DNA of 64,000 nucleotides from Spirochaetia bacterium (GTDB taxonomy: Bacteria > Spirochaetota > Spirochaetia > DSM-16054 > Sediminispirochaetaceae), in the NCBI GenBank assembly GCA_034520965.1, contig JAXHMY010000001.1, positions 576,001 to 640,000 on the forward strand, in the 5' to 3' direction. The translations under genes were made by a program, and so were the position numbers. Below, piece by piece: positions 31,542 through 40,949 of the stretch (positions are counted from its first letter, which is position 1; each line of letters opens with the position of its first letter). A model generated the notes under the pieces. That model was not told where the DNA came from. It did not search any database and saw only the letters and a program-made list of their open reading frames with translations.

Positions 31542-32243
31542 ATGCATTCAAACAAGATAAAGGTACTCTCGGTCGGTGGTTCAATCATTGCACCCGAGGG
31601 GGTGGACAGCGATTTTCTAATGCGTTTTCGAAGGGCCATCAGCGAATATTTGGCAGAAGACCTTCAGCGAAAAGTTATTATGGTCAGTGGAGGGGGAATG
31701 CCCGCCAGGCTCTATCAAAAGGCTTATCGCGAAGTCGTACAGGACCATAACAGTGAAGAGCAAGACTGGATTGGAATTGCGGCGACTCGCTTAAACGCCC
31801 GGCTATTGAAAGCAGTGTTCTCGGAGCAATGCCTGAACGAGGTGGTAACAGACCCAACCGTTGTGACCGCAATGAAGGGACAAGTACTGGTAGCAGCCGG
31901 CTGGAAACCCGGCTTTTCAACGGATAACGATGCGGTACTGCTGGCCGAGAAGTTTGGGGCAGATACGGTGATCAACTTATCCAATATTGCAAAAATATAC
32001 ACAGCCGATCCGAAGCACGATCCTAATGCCGAGCCGATCGACCACATGAGCTGGGCGGAATTCCGAGCCATGGTGGGCAATGAGTGGACACCCGGGAAAA
32101 ATCTTCCCTTTGATCCGGTCGCAGCCCGCCGCGGATCAGAGATCAATCTACGGGTTGTTTCGGCCGCTGGTGGTGATATTAAGAATATGCTGAATATTTT
32201 GTATGACCGTGATTTTATCGGCTCGGTAATAGGCCCGGAATAA
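31542..32243 (+). CDS. pyrH: UMP kinase (archaeal/spirochaete type)
   Basis: VLSVGGS, GGG.PAR.YQ, DWIGIAATRLNA, GWKPGFSTD, YTADP, PFDP. Confidence 0.93.
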   Translation: MHSNKIKVLSVGGSIIAPEGVDSDFLMRFRRAISEYLAEDLQRKVIMVSGGGMPARLYQKAYREVVQDHNSEEQDWIGIAATRLNARLLKAVFSEQCLNEVVTDPTVVTAMKGQVLVAAGWKPGFSTDNDAVLLAEKFGADTVINLSNIAKIYTADPKHDPNAEPIDHMSWAEFRAMVGNEWTPGKNLPFDPVAARRGSEINLRVVSAAGGDIKNMLNILYDRDFIGSVIGPE

Positions 32244-32313
32244 ATTCGCCCCGCTCCTGTCTCCGCTTTTTCAAAGTGCGTCCCCACGGACGCTTTTTCG
32301 CCCCTTTGCCCAG

Positions 32314-32342
32314 TTGCGTTCTCGCTCAAAGAGCTCTATAAT
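32314..32342 (+). promoter_or_regulatory. Sigma70 promoter of the PII-like/EIIA/mrp operon
   Basis: TTGCGT-N17-TATAAT. Confidence 0.7.
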
Positions 32343-32370
32343 CCTTCCTGAGAAACAGGAGTACCCCCGC

Positions 32371-32736
32371 ATGAAATTAGTTGTTTTTGTGCTGAATACA
32401 GAGGAGCTGCTCGATGATGTGCTGGCCGCATATGTGGAAGCCGGTATCAGCGGGGCCACTGTGCTGGACTCGGAGGGTATGGGCCGCTACCTGAGTTATG
32501 AGGTTCCCCTTTTTGCCGATTTTAAAGAGTTCATGAAGGGCAACAAACCCTATAATAAAACTATTATTTCGGTGGTTACCGATGAAGATGCCATCCCGAG
32601 ACTTCAAAAATTACTCGATAAAATAACCGGAGGACTCGACTTGCCCGGCACGGGCATTCTGTTTTCCGTACCGGTCGATTTTGCCGCAGGACTGATAGAT
32701 CAAAACACTGCTGACGAAGGGGAGGAGAAGAAGTGA
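32371..32736 (+). CDS. PII-like (GlnB-fold) signalling protein
   Basis: MKLVVFVLN...AGISGATVLDSEGMG; C-terminal PGTGILFSVPV equivalent to the PII B-loop. Confidence 0.8.
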   Translation: MKLVVFVLNTEELLDDVLAAYVEAGISGATVLDSEGMGRYLSYEVPLFADFKEFMKGNKPYNKTIISVVTDEDAIPRLQKLLDKITGGLDLPGTGILFSVPVDFAAGLIDQNTADEGEEKK

Positions 32737-33194
32737 TTTCAATTACAGGACTGCTTTCGCCGGAGTGTATCAGTCTCGAATTACATGAGAAACGAAAAAA
32801 ACGGGTCATAGCTGAGTTGACCGACCTTCTACAGAGTGCCGGAAAGGTCGAGAACGGCAAGGCCCTCGCGCGCAAAATTCTCGAGCGCGAAGCTATGGCC
32901 TCTACCGGAATTGGCCATGGAATAGCAATTCCCCATTGTCTTACCAATCTGGTCGATGATACCGTGATGGCCTTCGGTCGAAGTACAAACGGAATCCCCT
33001 TCGATTCGGCCGACAACAAACCGGCACAACTTATCTTTTTGCTGACAGGGCCTCAAACGGCCACCAGTGAGCACCTCAAACTGTTGAGTAAATTAAGCCG
33101 ATTGCTGACCGAACAACAGTTTCGCACCCAGCTTTTTGATGCATCCACAGCCGAGGAGGTTATCGAGCTGTTTCGCCGGGAAGAGGAGGTATAA
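32733..33194 (+). CDS. Stand-alone PTS EIIA type-2 (Ntr/fructose-like) protein
   Basis: LEREAMASTGIGHGIAIPHC with the phospho-His; HLKLLSKLSRLL. Confidence 0.92.
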   Translation: MISITGLLSPECISLELHEKRKKRVIAELTDLLQSAGKVENGKALARKILEREAMASTGIGHGIAIPHCLTNLVDDTVMAFGRSTNGIPFDSADNKPAQLIFLLTGPQTATSEHLKLLSKLSRLLTEQQFRTQLFDASTAEEVIELFRREEEV

Positions 33195-33196
33195 CC

Positions 33197-33709
33197 ATGA
33201 CCTCTTCTTTCAAGTGGGCGATAACCAGAATTATTCTCACAAGCCTCTACCTGTTTGCCGGCTGGCTGCTGTTTACCGGCAGCACCGCTACGCGATCGCT
33301 GCTGATGGGAGCCGGATTTTCCTTTCTGATCGCCCTCACTACCTTTAAACTCTTTATCGATGACGATGAAGCTGCCCGGCGTACCTTGCTGCCGAGGGTG
33401 CATTGGCTGCTTTTTTATGGAATTTTGGTGTTTTATAAGGTGTATGTCGCCAGCTTCCAAACCGCCTTCGCAGTGCTGCGGGGAAGGTATTATCCCCGGG
33501 TAGTTCATTTTCGTACTCGCCTTAATTCGGATATCGCCAGAAGCGTAATCGCAGGGTCTATCACTTTAACCCCCGGAACTATTACCCTGGAGCTGACCGA
33601 AGACCATTTAGTAGTACACTGGCTAAACGCTTCAACCACCCATAGCCGTTTTGCCGGAAATATTATCAAGGGTAGTTTTGAAAAACTGTTAAAAAGAGTG
33701 TGGGTGTAA
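33197..33709 (+). CDS. mnhE: Na+/H+ antiporter subunit E
   Basis: SITLTPGTIT, LVVHWL. Confidence 0.92.
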   Translation: MTSSFKWAITRIILTSLYLFAGWLLFTGSTATRSLLMGAGFSFLIALTTFKLFIDDDEAARRTLLPRVHWLLFYGILVFYKVYVASFQTAFAVLRGRYYPRVVHFRTRLNSDIARSVIAGSITLTPGTITLELTEDHLVVHWLNASTTHSRFAGNIIKGSFEKLLKRVWV

Positions 33710-33711
33710 GA

Positions 33712-33990
33712 ATGGAATTTTCATTACCGGTAATTATAGATTGGACAATTGCTTTTTTGCTGGGATCCTGTATTGTCGGAATTATCCGCATCATAATCGG
33801 TCCCACCACAGCCGACAGGTTAACCGCCCTCAATCTGGTCGGTTCCCAGGTTATAGCTTTGCTGGTAGTGACGGCTTTGCGGGCCGGCTCGCCCGTATAT
33901 TTAGATGTAGCCATGGTATATTCGGTCTTCGGATTTTTAGGAGTATTGGCTATTACCCGTTTTCTTTCTAAAAGGAGTAATTCGAAATGA
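33712..33990 (+). CDS. mnhF: Na+/H+ antiporter subunit F
   Basis: GPTTADRLTALN, YLDVAMVY. Confidence 0.92.
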   Translation: MEFSLPVIIDWTIAFLLGSCIVGIIRIIIGPTTADRLTALNLVGSQVIALLVVTALRAGSPVYLDVAMVYSVFGFLGVLAITRFLSKRSNSK

Positions 33991-34283
33991 GCTGGGCAGT
34001 GGTTATTTTCTTTATTCTAGGAGTGTTCTTCGCCTTAACCGGTCATCTGGGCTTGTTAAAAGCGCCGGATGTGTATACCCGCCTGCAGACATCATCAACC
34101 TGCAGTACCACCTCGGTCCTTTCAATACTGATTGCCTGCATGTTGTTATCCGGTATAAGTCCCTTCACGGGAAAGGTTGCAGCTATTACCATTTTTTTCA
34201 TTATCACTAATCCTGTTGCAACCCATATAATCGCCCGCTATGCCTGGGAAGAGGGAATCGTTCCATGGAGGCGACAACAATGA
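33987..34283 (+). CDS. mnhG: Na+/H+ antiporter subunit G
   Basis: GLLKAPDVYTRLQ, TNPVATHIIAR. Confidence 0.92.
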   Translation: MSWAVVIFFILGVFFALTGHLGLLKAPDVYTRLQTSSTCSTTSVLSILIACMLLSGISPFTGKVAAITIFFIITNPVATHIIARYAWEEGIVPWRRQQ

Positions 34284-34813
34284 CCGATGTGTTTATCACC
34301 GGCCTGCTGTGTGTAGTCGTTGCCGCCGGAACCCTCTCGATTCTGTTCAAGGATTTATACGTCTCGGTAATTTTACTCTCGATTTTCAGCTTTTTATCTT
34401 CCCTGCTGTTCTACGTCAGCCACGCTCCGGATGTTGCTATAACCGAAGCTGCAGTCGGAGCAGGTATGACTACCCTTATCTTTGTCTGGGCGGTACACGC
34501 CTGCAGCACTCGATCCCCCCAGACAAAAGAGTTTCCGAAGACCGGCGGAATAAAACTGTCCGCCGGGGTGCTGATAGATGTTCTTTTGGTGGCGGCGGTC
34601 GGCATAGCCTTGTGTATCTTTTTACCTCCCCTCCAGGGGACACCAAGCTTTTTACGGGATTTTCTGTTTGAAAACGGATACAAGGACACCGGAGCGCTCA
34701 ACCTGGTCAGCGCTGTATATCTCGGGTATCGAGCCTTCGATACCTTTGGAGAAACAATTGTGCTGCTGTGCGCAGTCACCGGTTCAATCTACTTTTTGTC
34801 CCGCGCACATTAA
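34280..34813 (+). CDS. DUF4040/MbhD plus MbhE-like subunit (the MrpA C-terminal part as a separate protein)
   Basis: APDVAITEAAVGAG; NLVSAVYLGYRAFDTFGE. Confidence 0.88.
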   Translation: MTDVFITGLLCVVVAAGTLSILFKDLYVSVILLSIFSFLSSLLFYVSHAPDVAITEAAVGAGMTTLIFVWAVHACSTRSPQTKEFPKTGGIKLSAGVLIDVLLVAAVGIALCIFLPPLQGTPSFLRDFLFENGYKDTGALNLVSAVYLGYRAFDTFGETIVLLCAVTGSIYFLSRAH

Positions 34814-34870
34814 TAACCGCGCCCAAAGCCCTGTGGAGGAATACCTCTGGATGAATAAAGGAGAAAGGCA

Positions 34871-35299
34871 ATGCGTACAAAAACCGATATGCTGGATGTA
34901 GCTTCCCGAAAATTATCTCCCTATGTGCTTCTGTTCGGCTGTTACCTCATCAGCTATGGCCATCTCTCGCCCGGCGGCGGATTTCAGGGAGGCGTGGTGC
35001 TGGCCTCTGGTTTAATTCTGCCTGCCCTCGGCTGCAGAAGTGAGCGGAGGGAAGATCTTTTGTCTAACTTTGCCCTTAGTGTGGGAGAAACTGCCGGCTT
35101 TGTCTTACTGTTTTTGATAGGGGTGAGCGGAATAGCAGCTACCGGGTATTTCCTTGCAGACCCTTTTCCGGTAACCGCCCGACCCCATGCCTGGTTCATT
35201 TTCTTTATGAATTTAGCAATCGGCCTAAAGGTCGGAGCCGGTATCGGCTTATTGAGTCTGCTGATTATTCGTGAATCCCTGGAGCCGTCGGATGGATAA
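34871..35299 (+). CDS. mnhB: Na+/H+ antiporter subunit B
   Basis: GHLSPGGGFQGG, IGLKVGAG. Confidence 0.92.
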   Translation: MRTKTDMLDVASRKLSPYVLLFGCYLISYGHLSPGGGFQGGVVLASGLILPALGCRSERREDLLSNFALSVGETAGFVLLFLIGVSGIAATGYFLADPFPVTARPHAWFIFFMNLAIGLKVGAGIGLLSLLIIRESLEPSDG

Positions 35300-35636
35300 G
35301 CTGTTAGTAATTACGCTTTTTTGTGTAGGATTATTTGCGATTTTAGCCGGCCGATCACTTATCCGTAAAATCATCGGCTTGAGTCTGCTGAACAGTTCGG
35401 TAGTCATCCTCTTTATCCTCTCCGGTCGTATAGACGGCATTCGTGCTCCGATTCTCACACAAACCGAATCGGGCATGATCGTAGACCCGATTCCGCAGGC
35501 CTTGATGCTGACCGCGATTGTGGTAGGTCTCTCGGTAACTGCAGTGGGGCTTATATTGGCGGTTAAACTCTACCGCAGCTGCGGGAGTCTGGACATCCGT
35601 GAGATCGAGGAATCACTAGATGAACCCGCAGAGTGA
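35292..35636 (+). CDS. mnhC: Na+/H+ antiporter subunit C
   Basis: DPIPQALMLTAIVVG. Confidence 0.93.
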   Translation: MDKLLVITLFCVGLFAILAGRSLIRKIIGLSLLNSSVVILFILSGRIDGIRAPILTQTESGMIVDPIPQALMLTAIVVGLSVTAVGLILAVKLYRSCGSLDIREIEESLDEPAE

Positions 35637-37356
35637 ACTACCGGTATTAATAATCTTATTTGCTCCCCTTATTGCGGCAATCCTCAGCCTGGTCGGTAAA
35701 TTTCTACCTCCCCGCTATTCAATTACCCCGGCCTTTCTGGTATGGCTGGGAGGGTCGCTGTGGGCGATATATGCAGCCGCCCCGGCGATTCTGTATGGCC
35801 AGTCGCTCGAATACAGCCTCGGGGGCTGGGCTGAGCCCTACGGTATCAGCCTCTCGATAAACGGCTTAACCTGGATAGCGACCCTCACGGATATAGTTAT
35901 CGCCTCGGCAGCCTGGCTGGCCACCCGACGTTACACACGCTTCGGAGCCCTGTTTTACTTTTTCTTTTTTATGGCTCTTTTTTCCCTGCAGGGGGTCCTG
36001 TGCAGCCGCGACATTTTTAACTTGTTTGTCTGGTTCGAAGTACTGTCGCTCAGTTCATTCATTTTAATCAGCTACGACCGCAGCCTCAGTTCCCGACTGG
36101 CGGCAATACGGTATCTGCTAATCAGTTCGCTTAGTATCACCTTTTTCCTGATTGGAGTGTGGATACTCTACCGGCTCACCGGTTCATTGGCACTGACGGA
36201 AATAGCCGAAGGCCTGCAGAGTCTTAACTCGGCTGCTGAAACGCGGGCTTTTGCAGGGGCTCCGCCGTTTGCGCGAGTCCAGTCGGCCGCAGGATTAGCC
36301 CTCGCCCTTATTACCGCCGCCATACTCACCAGAGCAGCGGTAACCCCCTTTCATACATGGCTGCCCGATGCCCATACCGCTGCTCCATATCCGGTGTCGG
36401 CTCTGCTCTCCGGATTTGTAATCAAGGCCCCCATGATTGCCCTGTGGAGAATCTTTGAGCTGATCGAATTCCCCCAGCTGATGGAGGGCTTGGTATGGCT
36501 GGGAGGAGTAACTGCAGTATGGGGAGTGGCTGCTGCAATGCTGCAGAAGGATGCAAAAAAATTGCTGGGGTATCATTCGGTGTCGCAGATGGGATACATT
36601 TTGGCGGCCTTCGGCATCGGCGGAGTACTCGGCCGCTCGGCGGCCCTGTTTTATATTATTGCCCATGCGCTTTTTAAGAGTCTCCTGTTTCTTACCGTCG
36701 GCCATGTCACCACTCGAGTGGGTACGCGGAATGTATATAAAATCCGCGGTCTCAGGCGCTTTTTCCCCTTCTATACGATCGCCTTTCTGATTGCTGCCGC
36801 CTCCATTTCCGGGCTGCCCTTACTGGCGGGGTTCACAGGAAAAGTACTGGTCTCGGAAGCACTTCATTCCCATCCGGCATACCTGATGCTGCTGGCTGCA
36901 GGTGTTGGGACAGCAGCCTCCTTCGTAAAATTATCCGCCATGTTCTTCGGCAAAGCATCGGATGCGCATCTGCTCATACTGGAGTCAAGACCGGCGGACG
37001 ACCGCGGCTCTAAGACTGCCGCAGGGGAAGCACACTTCGGACTGCTGGTTATCGCTGCCGGCTGTATTGCAATGGGAGTGATACCCCACTTAATCCACCA
37101 CTATATTCTGTTACTCCTGCACGGGAGAGCCGCTCTTCCCCCACCGATTGAGATCGACTGGTACAACTATGCATCTCTCCTAAAGGCCGGTGTAAGCATT
37201 GGAGGGGGTTTTTTACTAGCCCTGTTCCTGCTGTCTCCATTTGGAAAAGGCCTTGCCCACCGGGCTCGTACTCTGAGGGTCGGTTTAAACGGTTCGCTGC
37301 GCATGTTAGTGAGCGGGTTCGTACTGGTTCTATTATATGGACTGCTTACTTATTAA
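35620..37356 (+). CDS. mnhD: Na+/H+ antiporter subunit D-like, copy 1
   Basis: DIFNLFVWFEV, PFHTWLPDAH, SALLSG..IK, HALFKSLLFL, GFTGK. Confidence 0.92.
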   Translation: MNPQSELPVLIILFAPLIAAILSLVGKFLPPRYSITPAFLVWLGGSLWAIYAAAPAILYGQSLEYSLGGWAEPYGISLSINGLTWIATLTDIVIASAAWLATRRYTRFGALFYFFFFMALFSLQGVLCSRDIFNLFVWFEVLSLSSFILISYDRSLSSRLAAIRYLLISSLSITFFLIGVWILYRLTGSLALTEIAEGLQSLNSAAETRAFAGAPPFARVQSAAGLALALITAAILTRAAVTPFHTWLPDAHTAAPYPVSALLSGFVIKAPMIALWRIFELIEFPQLMEGLVWLGGVTAVWGVAAAMLQKDAKKLLGYHSVSQMGYILAAFGIGGVLGRSAALFYIIAHALFKSLLFLTVGHVTTRVGTRNVYKIRGLRRFFPFYTIAFLIAAASISGLPLLAGFTGKVLVSEALHSHPAYLMLLAAGVGTAASFVKLSAMFFGKASDAHLLILESRPADDRGSKTAAGEAHFGLLVIAAGCIAMGVIPHLIHHYILLLLHGRAALPPPIEIDWYNYASLLKAGVSIGGGFLLALFLLSPFGKGLAHRARTLRVGLNGSLRMLVSGFVLVLLYGLLTY

Positions 37357-37398
37357 AGCCGGAAAATTTACGGCCGGCAAATTTAAAAAGGAGCGAGC

Positions 37399-39114
37399 AT
37401 GGATGCTGCCCCCACAGACATATATGTACTGTTCCTCCTATTAGCTCCCCTTAGCGCGGTACTGATCACTCTGCTCGGTAAGCTCCTGCCCCGAAAGGTT
37501 TCACAGGTCCCCGCTTTTCTAATTTGGTTTTTCGGAGGTCTTTGGGCGTTGTTGCGTACCGCAGATGCTGCCGGATCTGCCCCTAGGATGTACGCCTTTG
37601 GAGGCTGGCGGGAGCCACTTGGTATTGTGTTCGAATTAAACGGAATAGGCTGGGCAGCCGCGGTGCTTGCCCTTGTGATTTTCACCGCGGTGTGGCTTGT
37701 AAGCTGGAAACAGAGGGGCTACGGGAGCAGCTTCTACTTTACCCTGTATCTCACCCATTTTTCCTTACTGGGAATTTTGTTCTCAAGAGATCTATTCAAC
37801 CTGTTTGTATGGTTTGAAGTTCTATCACTGTGTTCTATCATTTTAGTCGCCTATGATCGTACGCCGACAGCCTTGCTGGCGGCCTTTAGATACCTGTTGC
37901 TCAGCACGGTGAGTATCACCTTCTTTTTAATCGGGGTGTGGATTTTTTACCGTTCTACAGGAAGCTTAGCTTTTGGGGAAATTGCAGCTTATCTAAAAGC
38001 ATTACCAAGGGGTGCCGGGGCTGTATCTAAAACTGCCTTGGCACTTATCACCGTCGGAATCGCCACCCGTTCTGCGGTGGTACCCTTTCACACATGGCTT
38101 CCGCCAGCGCATTCTTCGGCCCCTTATCCGGTTTCAACCCTGTTATCCGGCCTGGTTATTAAGGTTCCCCTCCTTGCCCTGTGGCACTTTTATGCCTATC
38201 TCCCCTTTTCTCCAGTGGAACAGCTGCCTACCTGGTTAGGCATCGGAGGGGCTTTAGTCGGCGGCATAGCTGCTGTCATGCAAAGGGATGCAAAACGAAT
38301 TCTGGCCTATTCATCAGTCGGTCAGATGGGCTTCATTGTTGCGGTTTTCAGTTTTGGCGGCGCCCTCGGGAAGACCGCCACCCTCTTCTATATTCTTCTG
38401 CACGCCCTTTCGAAGGCCCTGCTCTTTCTCTCCGTCGGCTATGTTTCCCACCACGCAGGCAGTCGCGATGTATACCTCCTGCGGGGAATGCAGCGCCGCT
38501 TTCCTCTTACCGCAGTATGGTACTGGATTGCCGCTTTTACTTTAATGGGCATCCCCCTGAGCGGGGGCTATTACGCCAAACTGCTGGTCTCCTCCAGCCT
38601 GTATAGCCATCCAGGTGCATGGTTGTTGAATATAGCCGGAGCCGCTACCGCGATAGCACTGTTCAAATTAGGCCGCATCTTTACCGGCCTGCAGGCCGAT
38701 ACGGAAGCCGGGCTTGGGACCGACCTTGTGGCTGAATTTGATGCCGGTAAAAAGACACAGGCGATTGGGGCAATTACGCTCGGTATGGCAATTCCGGCCG
38801 CCGCCTGTGTGGCAATTGCACTGTTCCCGCAGCATCTGTTTCGTTTTCTGAGTTCCCTCTCTGTTGTAGGGCCGGTAATCGAGGGCTCCGGCGGTACGAT
38901 CTCAGGGCTGAGCTGGTATTCTACGAGCTCACTGCTAAAAGCTGCCCTGATCACCCTCAGCGGGGCGGCAGGACTTTTCATCTTTCAAATTCAGGGGGTT
39001 CGCAAGGGTATACAAGCCATGTCTACTGCATCTAGTGCCGGAGTAGGCCTGAACAGTTCATTGCGTTTTTTGGCCGCCGGCTTGCTGCTGTTGCTGCTCC
39101 TTTCCCAACTCTAG
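37399..39114 (+). CDS. mnhD: Na+/H+ antiporter subunit D-like, copy 2
   Basis: DLFNLFVWFEV, PFHTWLPPAH, LAYSSVGQMG, HALSKALLFL, GYYAK. Confidence 0.92.
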   Translation: MDAAPTDIYVLFLLLAPLSAVLITLLGKLLPRKVSQVPAFLIWFFGGLWALLRTADAAGSAPRMYAFGGWREPLGIVFELNGIGWAAAVLALVIFTAVWLVSWKQRGYGSSFYFTLYLTHFSLLGILFSRDLFNLFVWFEVLSLCSIILVAYDRTPTALLAAFRYLLLSTVSITFFLIGVWIFYRSTGSLAFGEIAAYLKALPRGAGAVSKTALALITVGIATRSAVVPFHTWLPPAHSSAPYPVSTLLSGLVIKVPLLALWHFYAYLPFSPVEQLPTWLGIGGALVGGIAAVMQRDAKRILAYSSVGQMGFIVAVFSFGGALGKTATLFYILLHALSKALLFLSVGYVSHHAGSRDVYLLRGMQRRFPLTAVWYWIAAFTLMGIPLSGGYYAKLLVSSSLYSHPGAWLLNIAGAATAIALFKLGRIFTGLQADTEAGLGTDLVAEFDAGKKTQAIGAITLGMAIPAAACVAIALFPQHLFRFLSSLSVVGPVIEGSGGTISGLSWYSTSSLLKAALITLSGAAGLFIFQIQGVRKGIQAMSTASSAGVGLNSSLRFLAAGLLLLLLLSQL

Positions 39115-39138
39115 TCAAAACCACTTCGGCTGCAGGTA

Positions 39139-40938
39139 TCACCCAGGAAAGCGAAGTAGAAAGCTGGTGCCTGGGCCATTCCCGCTCTCAAGTTCCACAC
39201 TGCCCCCATGGGTAATCATGATATGTTTGACGATAGCCAGTCCGAGACCCGTGCCGCCGGCATCGCGGCTGCGAGCTTTTTCTACCCGGTAGAAACGTTC
39301 AAATATTCTGGATCGATCGGCCTCCGGAATTCCGGGGCCGTTGTCGCTGACGGCAAGCAGCACCCGCCCGTCGACATCCCGCTCCCCTTTTATCTGTACC
39401 ACGCTCTGCTCGGGACAGTATTTGACGGCATTATTCAGAAGGTTAAATACCGCCTGCTCAACTAATCTGCTGTTGCCGTAGATCTCCAGGCCGGCGTCGC
39501 AATCAACCAGAATTTCAATATTATTTTCTGCAGCTTTTCTCCGGCACATTGACACAGCAGCCTGTACAGGGTTAATGAGCTCAGTCCGCTCAAAGGATAT
39601 TCCCTGCCCACCCTCATTCTGCTCCAGCCTGCTGAGGGTAAGCAAGTCTTCAACAATATTACCCAGACGGTCAACTTGATTGTGGATGATGTGAAGAAAA
39701 CGTTTTGCCATGTCTTTATCTTCAATCGCCCCATCCAACAGGGTTTCGACAAAACCGCCGATAGAAGTAATCGGTGTCTTAAGCTCATGGGACACATTGG
39801 CCACAAACTCCTTCCGGATATTCTCCAGCCGTTTCAAGTGAGTTATGTCGTTTAGCACTAAAACCAGCCGTTGGATTTCATTTCGCCGATAAACTCCATC
39901 AATAACCGCTTCAATGGTGGCGGCGTTTATCTGCAGATGCTTCTGCTCTCCTTCAACGGTGATTACAAAAGAACTCTGACGGACCGCTTTTGTAGTGAGG
40001 GTCTCCTGGGCGAAGTTATCGATGTCGGTATTTCTCATTACCTGGATAAGGCTCTTTCCGATGATCGGTTCCGACGAATAGTTTGTAAGTTTGACGGCGG
40101 CAGGATTCAGATCAGTGATTACCAGATTGTGGTCGAGCACAATCACCCCCTCGTTCATCCCGGTAAGAATTGCCTCCAGTTCCTGTTTCTGGCTTGAAAC
40201 CTTTCCTATACGGCTGGTCAGTGCACGCGCCATTTTTTGCAGCGCATTGGCCGTGGTGACAATTTCTCTTGGACCTTCAGCCTTTACTGAGTGGGAGAAA
40301 TCAAACTCACCGTAGGAGGCCGCATATTTTGCGATCCGTGACAGGGGAACCGTTATCTTCCGTGAAACAAGTACCATTGCCAATACCGAGAATACAAGCA
40401 ATACAGCAGTGATGAGGGCAATACTCAAGGCAGCAGAGCCGAGCATGTTTTCTATTCTTCGTGCAGGGATGCTTGACCGCAGAACTGCAATTATCTTACC
40501 GTCGGGGTTCCGCAGGGGCGTACCGTGGTAGAGCATGGGCATGGAGAGGGTGGGGCTTTCCCGCAGACTGAAAGCTTCTTCTCCGTTTAGCGCCTGACGG
40601 ATCTCTACCCGGGTGGCGTGGTTTTCCATGGCCGAGGCTGCTTCATGGGTATCTGCAAACACCGTTCCATCCGGGCTAATGAAGGTAAGCCGTATCTCCT
40701 GCTTGTTGCCAAACTGTTCACATACCCGCGGCGCATGCCGGCGGAGTTCGTCCAGGGAATCGGGCAGAGCCGCCCGGAGTACATCCGCCGTGCTTTCAAG
40801 CCGGTTGTAGTATTCGGAATACAGCAGGCTGCTCAGATTCCGGTAAGAGAAAAAAGCCACCGAACCGGCAAGAATAATAAACAGTAGCACCATAGGAGGC
40901 AGGAGGTAACTAAAAATTGAACGGCTTTTTGTCTTCAT
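39139..40938 (-). CDS. phoR: Phosphate regulon sensor histidine kinase
   Basis: MENHATRVEI, HAMP, PAS, FVANVSHELKTPIT, FERFYRVEKARSRDAGGTGLGL. Confidence 0.93.
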   Translation of the reverse strand: MKTKSRSIFSYLLPPMVLLFIILAGSVAFFSYRNLSSLLYSEYYNRLESTADVLRAALPDSLDELRRHAPRVCEQFGNKQEIRLTFISPDGTVFADTHEAASAMENHATRVEIRQALNGEEAFSLRESPTLSMPMLYHGTPLRNPDGKIIAVLRSSIPARRIENMLGSAALSIALITAVLLVFSVLAMVLVSRKITVPLSRIAKYAASYGEFDFSHSVKAEGPREIVTTANALQKMARALTSRIGKVSSQKQELEAILTGMNEGVIVLDHNLVITDLNPAAVKLTNYSSEPIIGKSLIQVMRNTDIDNFAQETLTTKAVRQSSFVITVEGEQKHLQINAATIEAVIDGVYRRNEIQRLVLVLNDITHLKRLENIRKEFVANVSHELKTPITSIGGFVETLLDGAIEDKDMAKRFLHIIHNQVDRLGNIVEDLLTLSRLEQNEGGQGISFERTELINPVQAAVSMCRRKAAENNIEILVDCDAGLEIYGNSRLVEQAVFNLLNNAVKYCPEQSVVQIKGERDVDGRVLLAVSDNGPGIPEADRSRIFERFYRVEKARSRDAGGTGLGLAIVKHIMITHGGSVELESGNGPGTSFLLRFPG

Positions 40939-40949
40939 CTATTACTCTC

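Noticed and set aside
33197..39114. Membrane-bound hydrogenase (Mbh/Mbx) or complex I
   Set aside because: No NiFe, NuoB/C/D/H/I or Fe-S subunit genes follow; the operon ends at the convergent phoR
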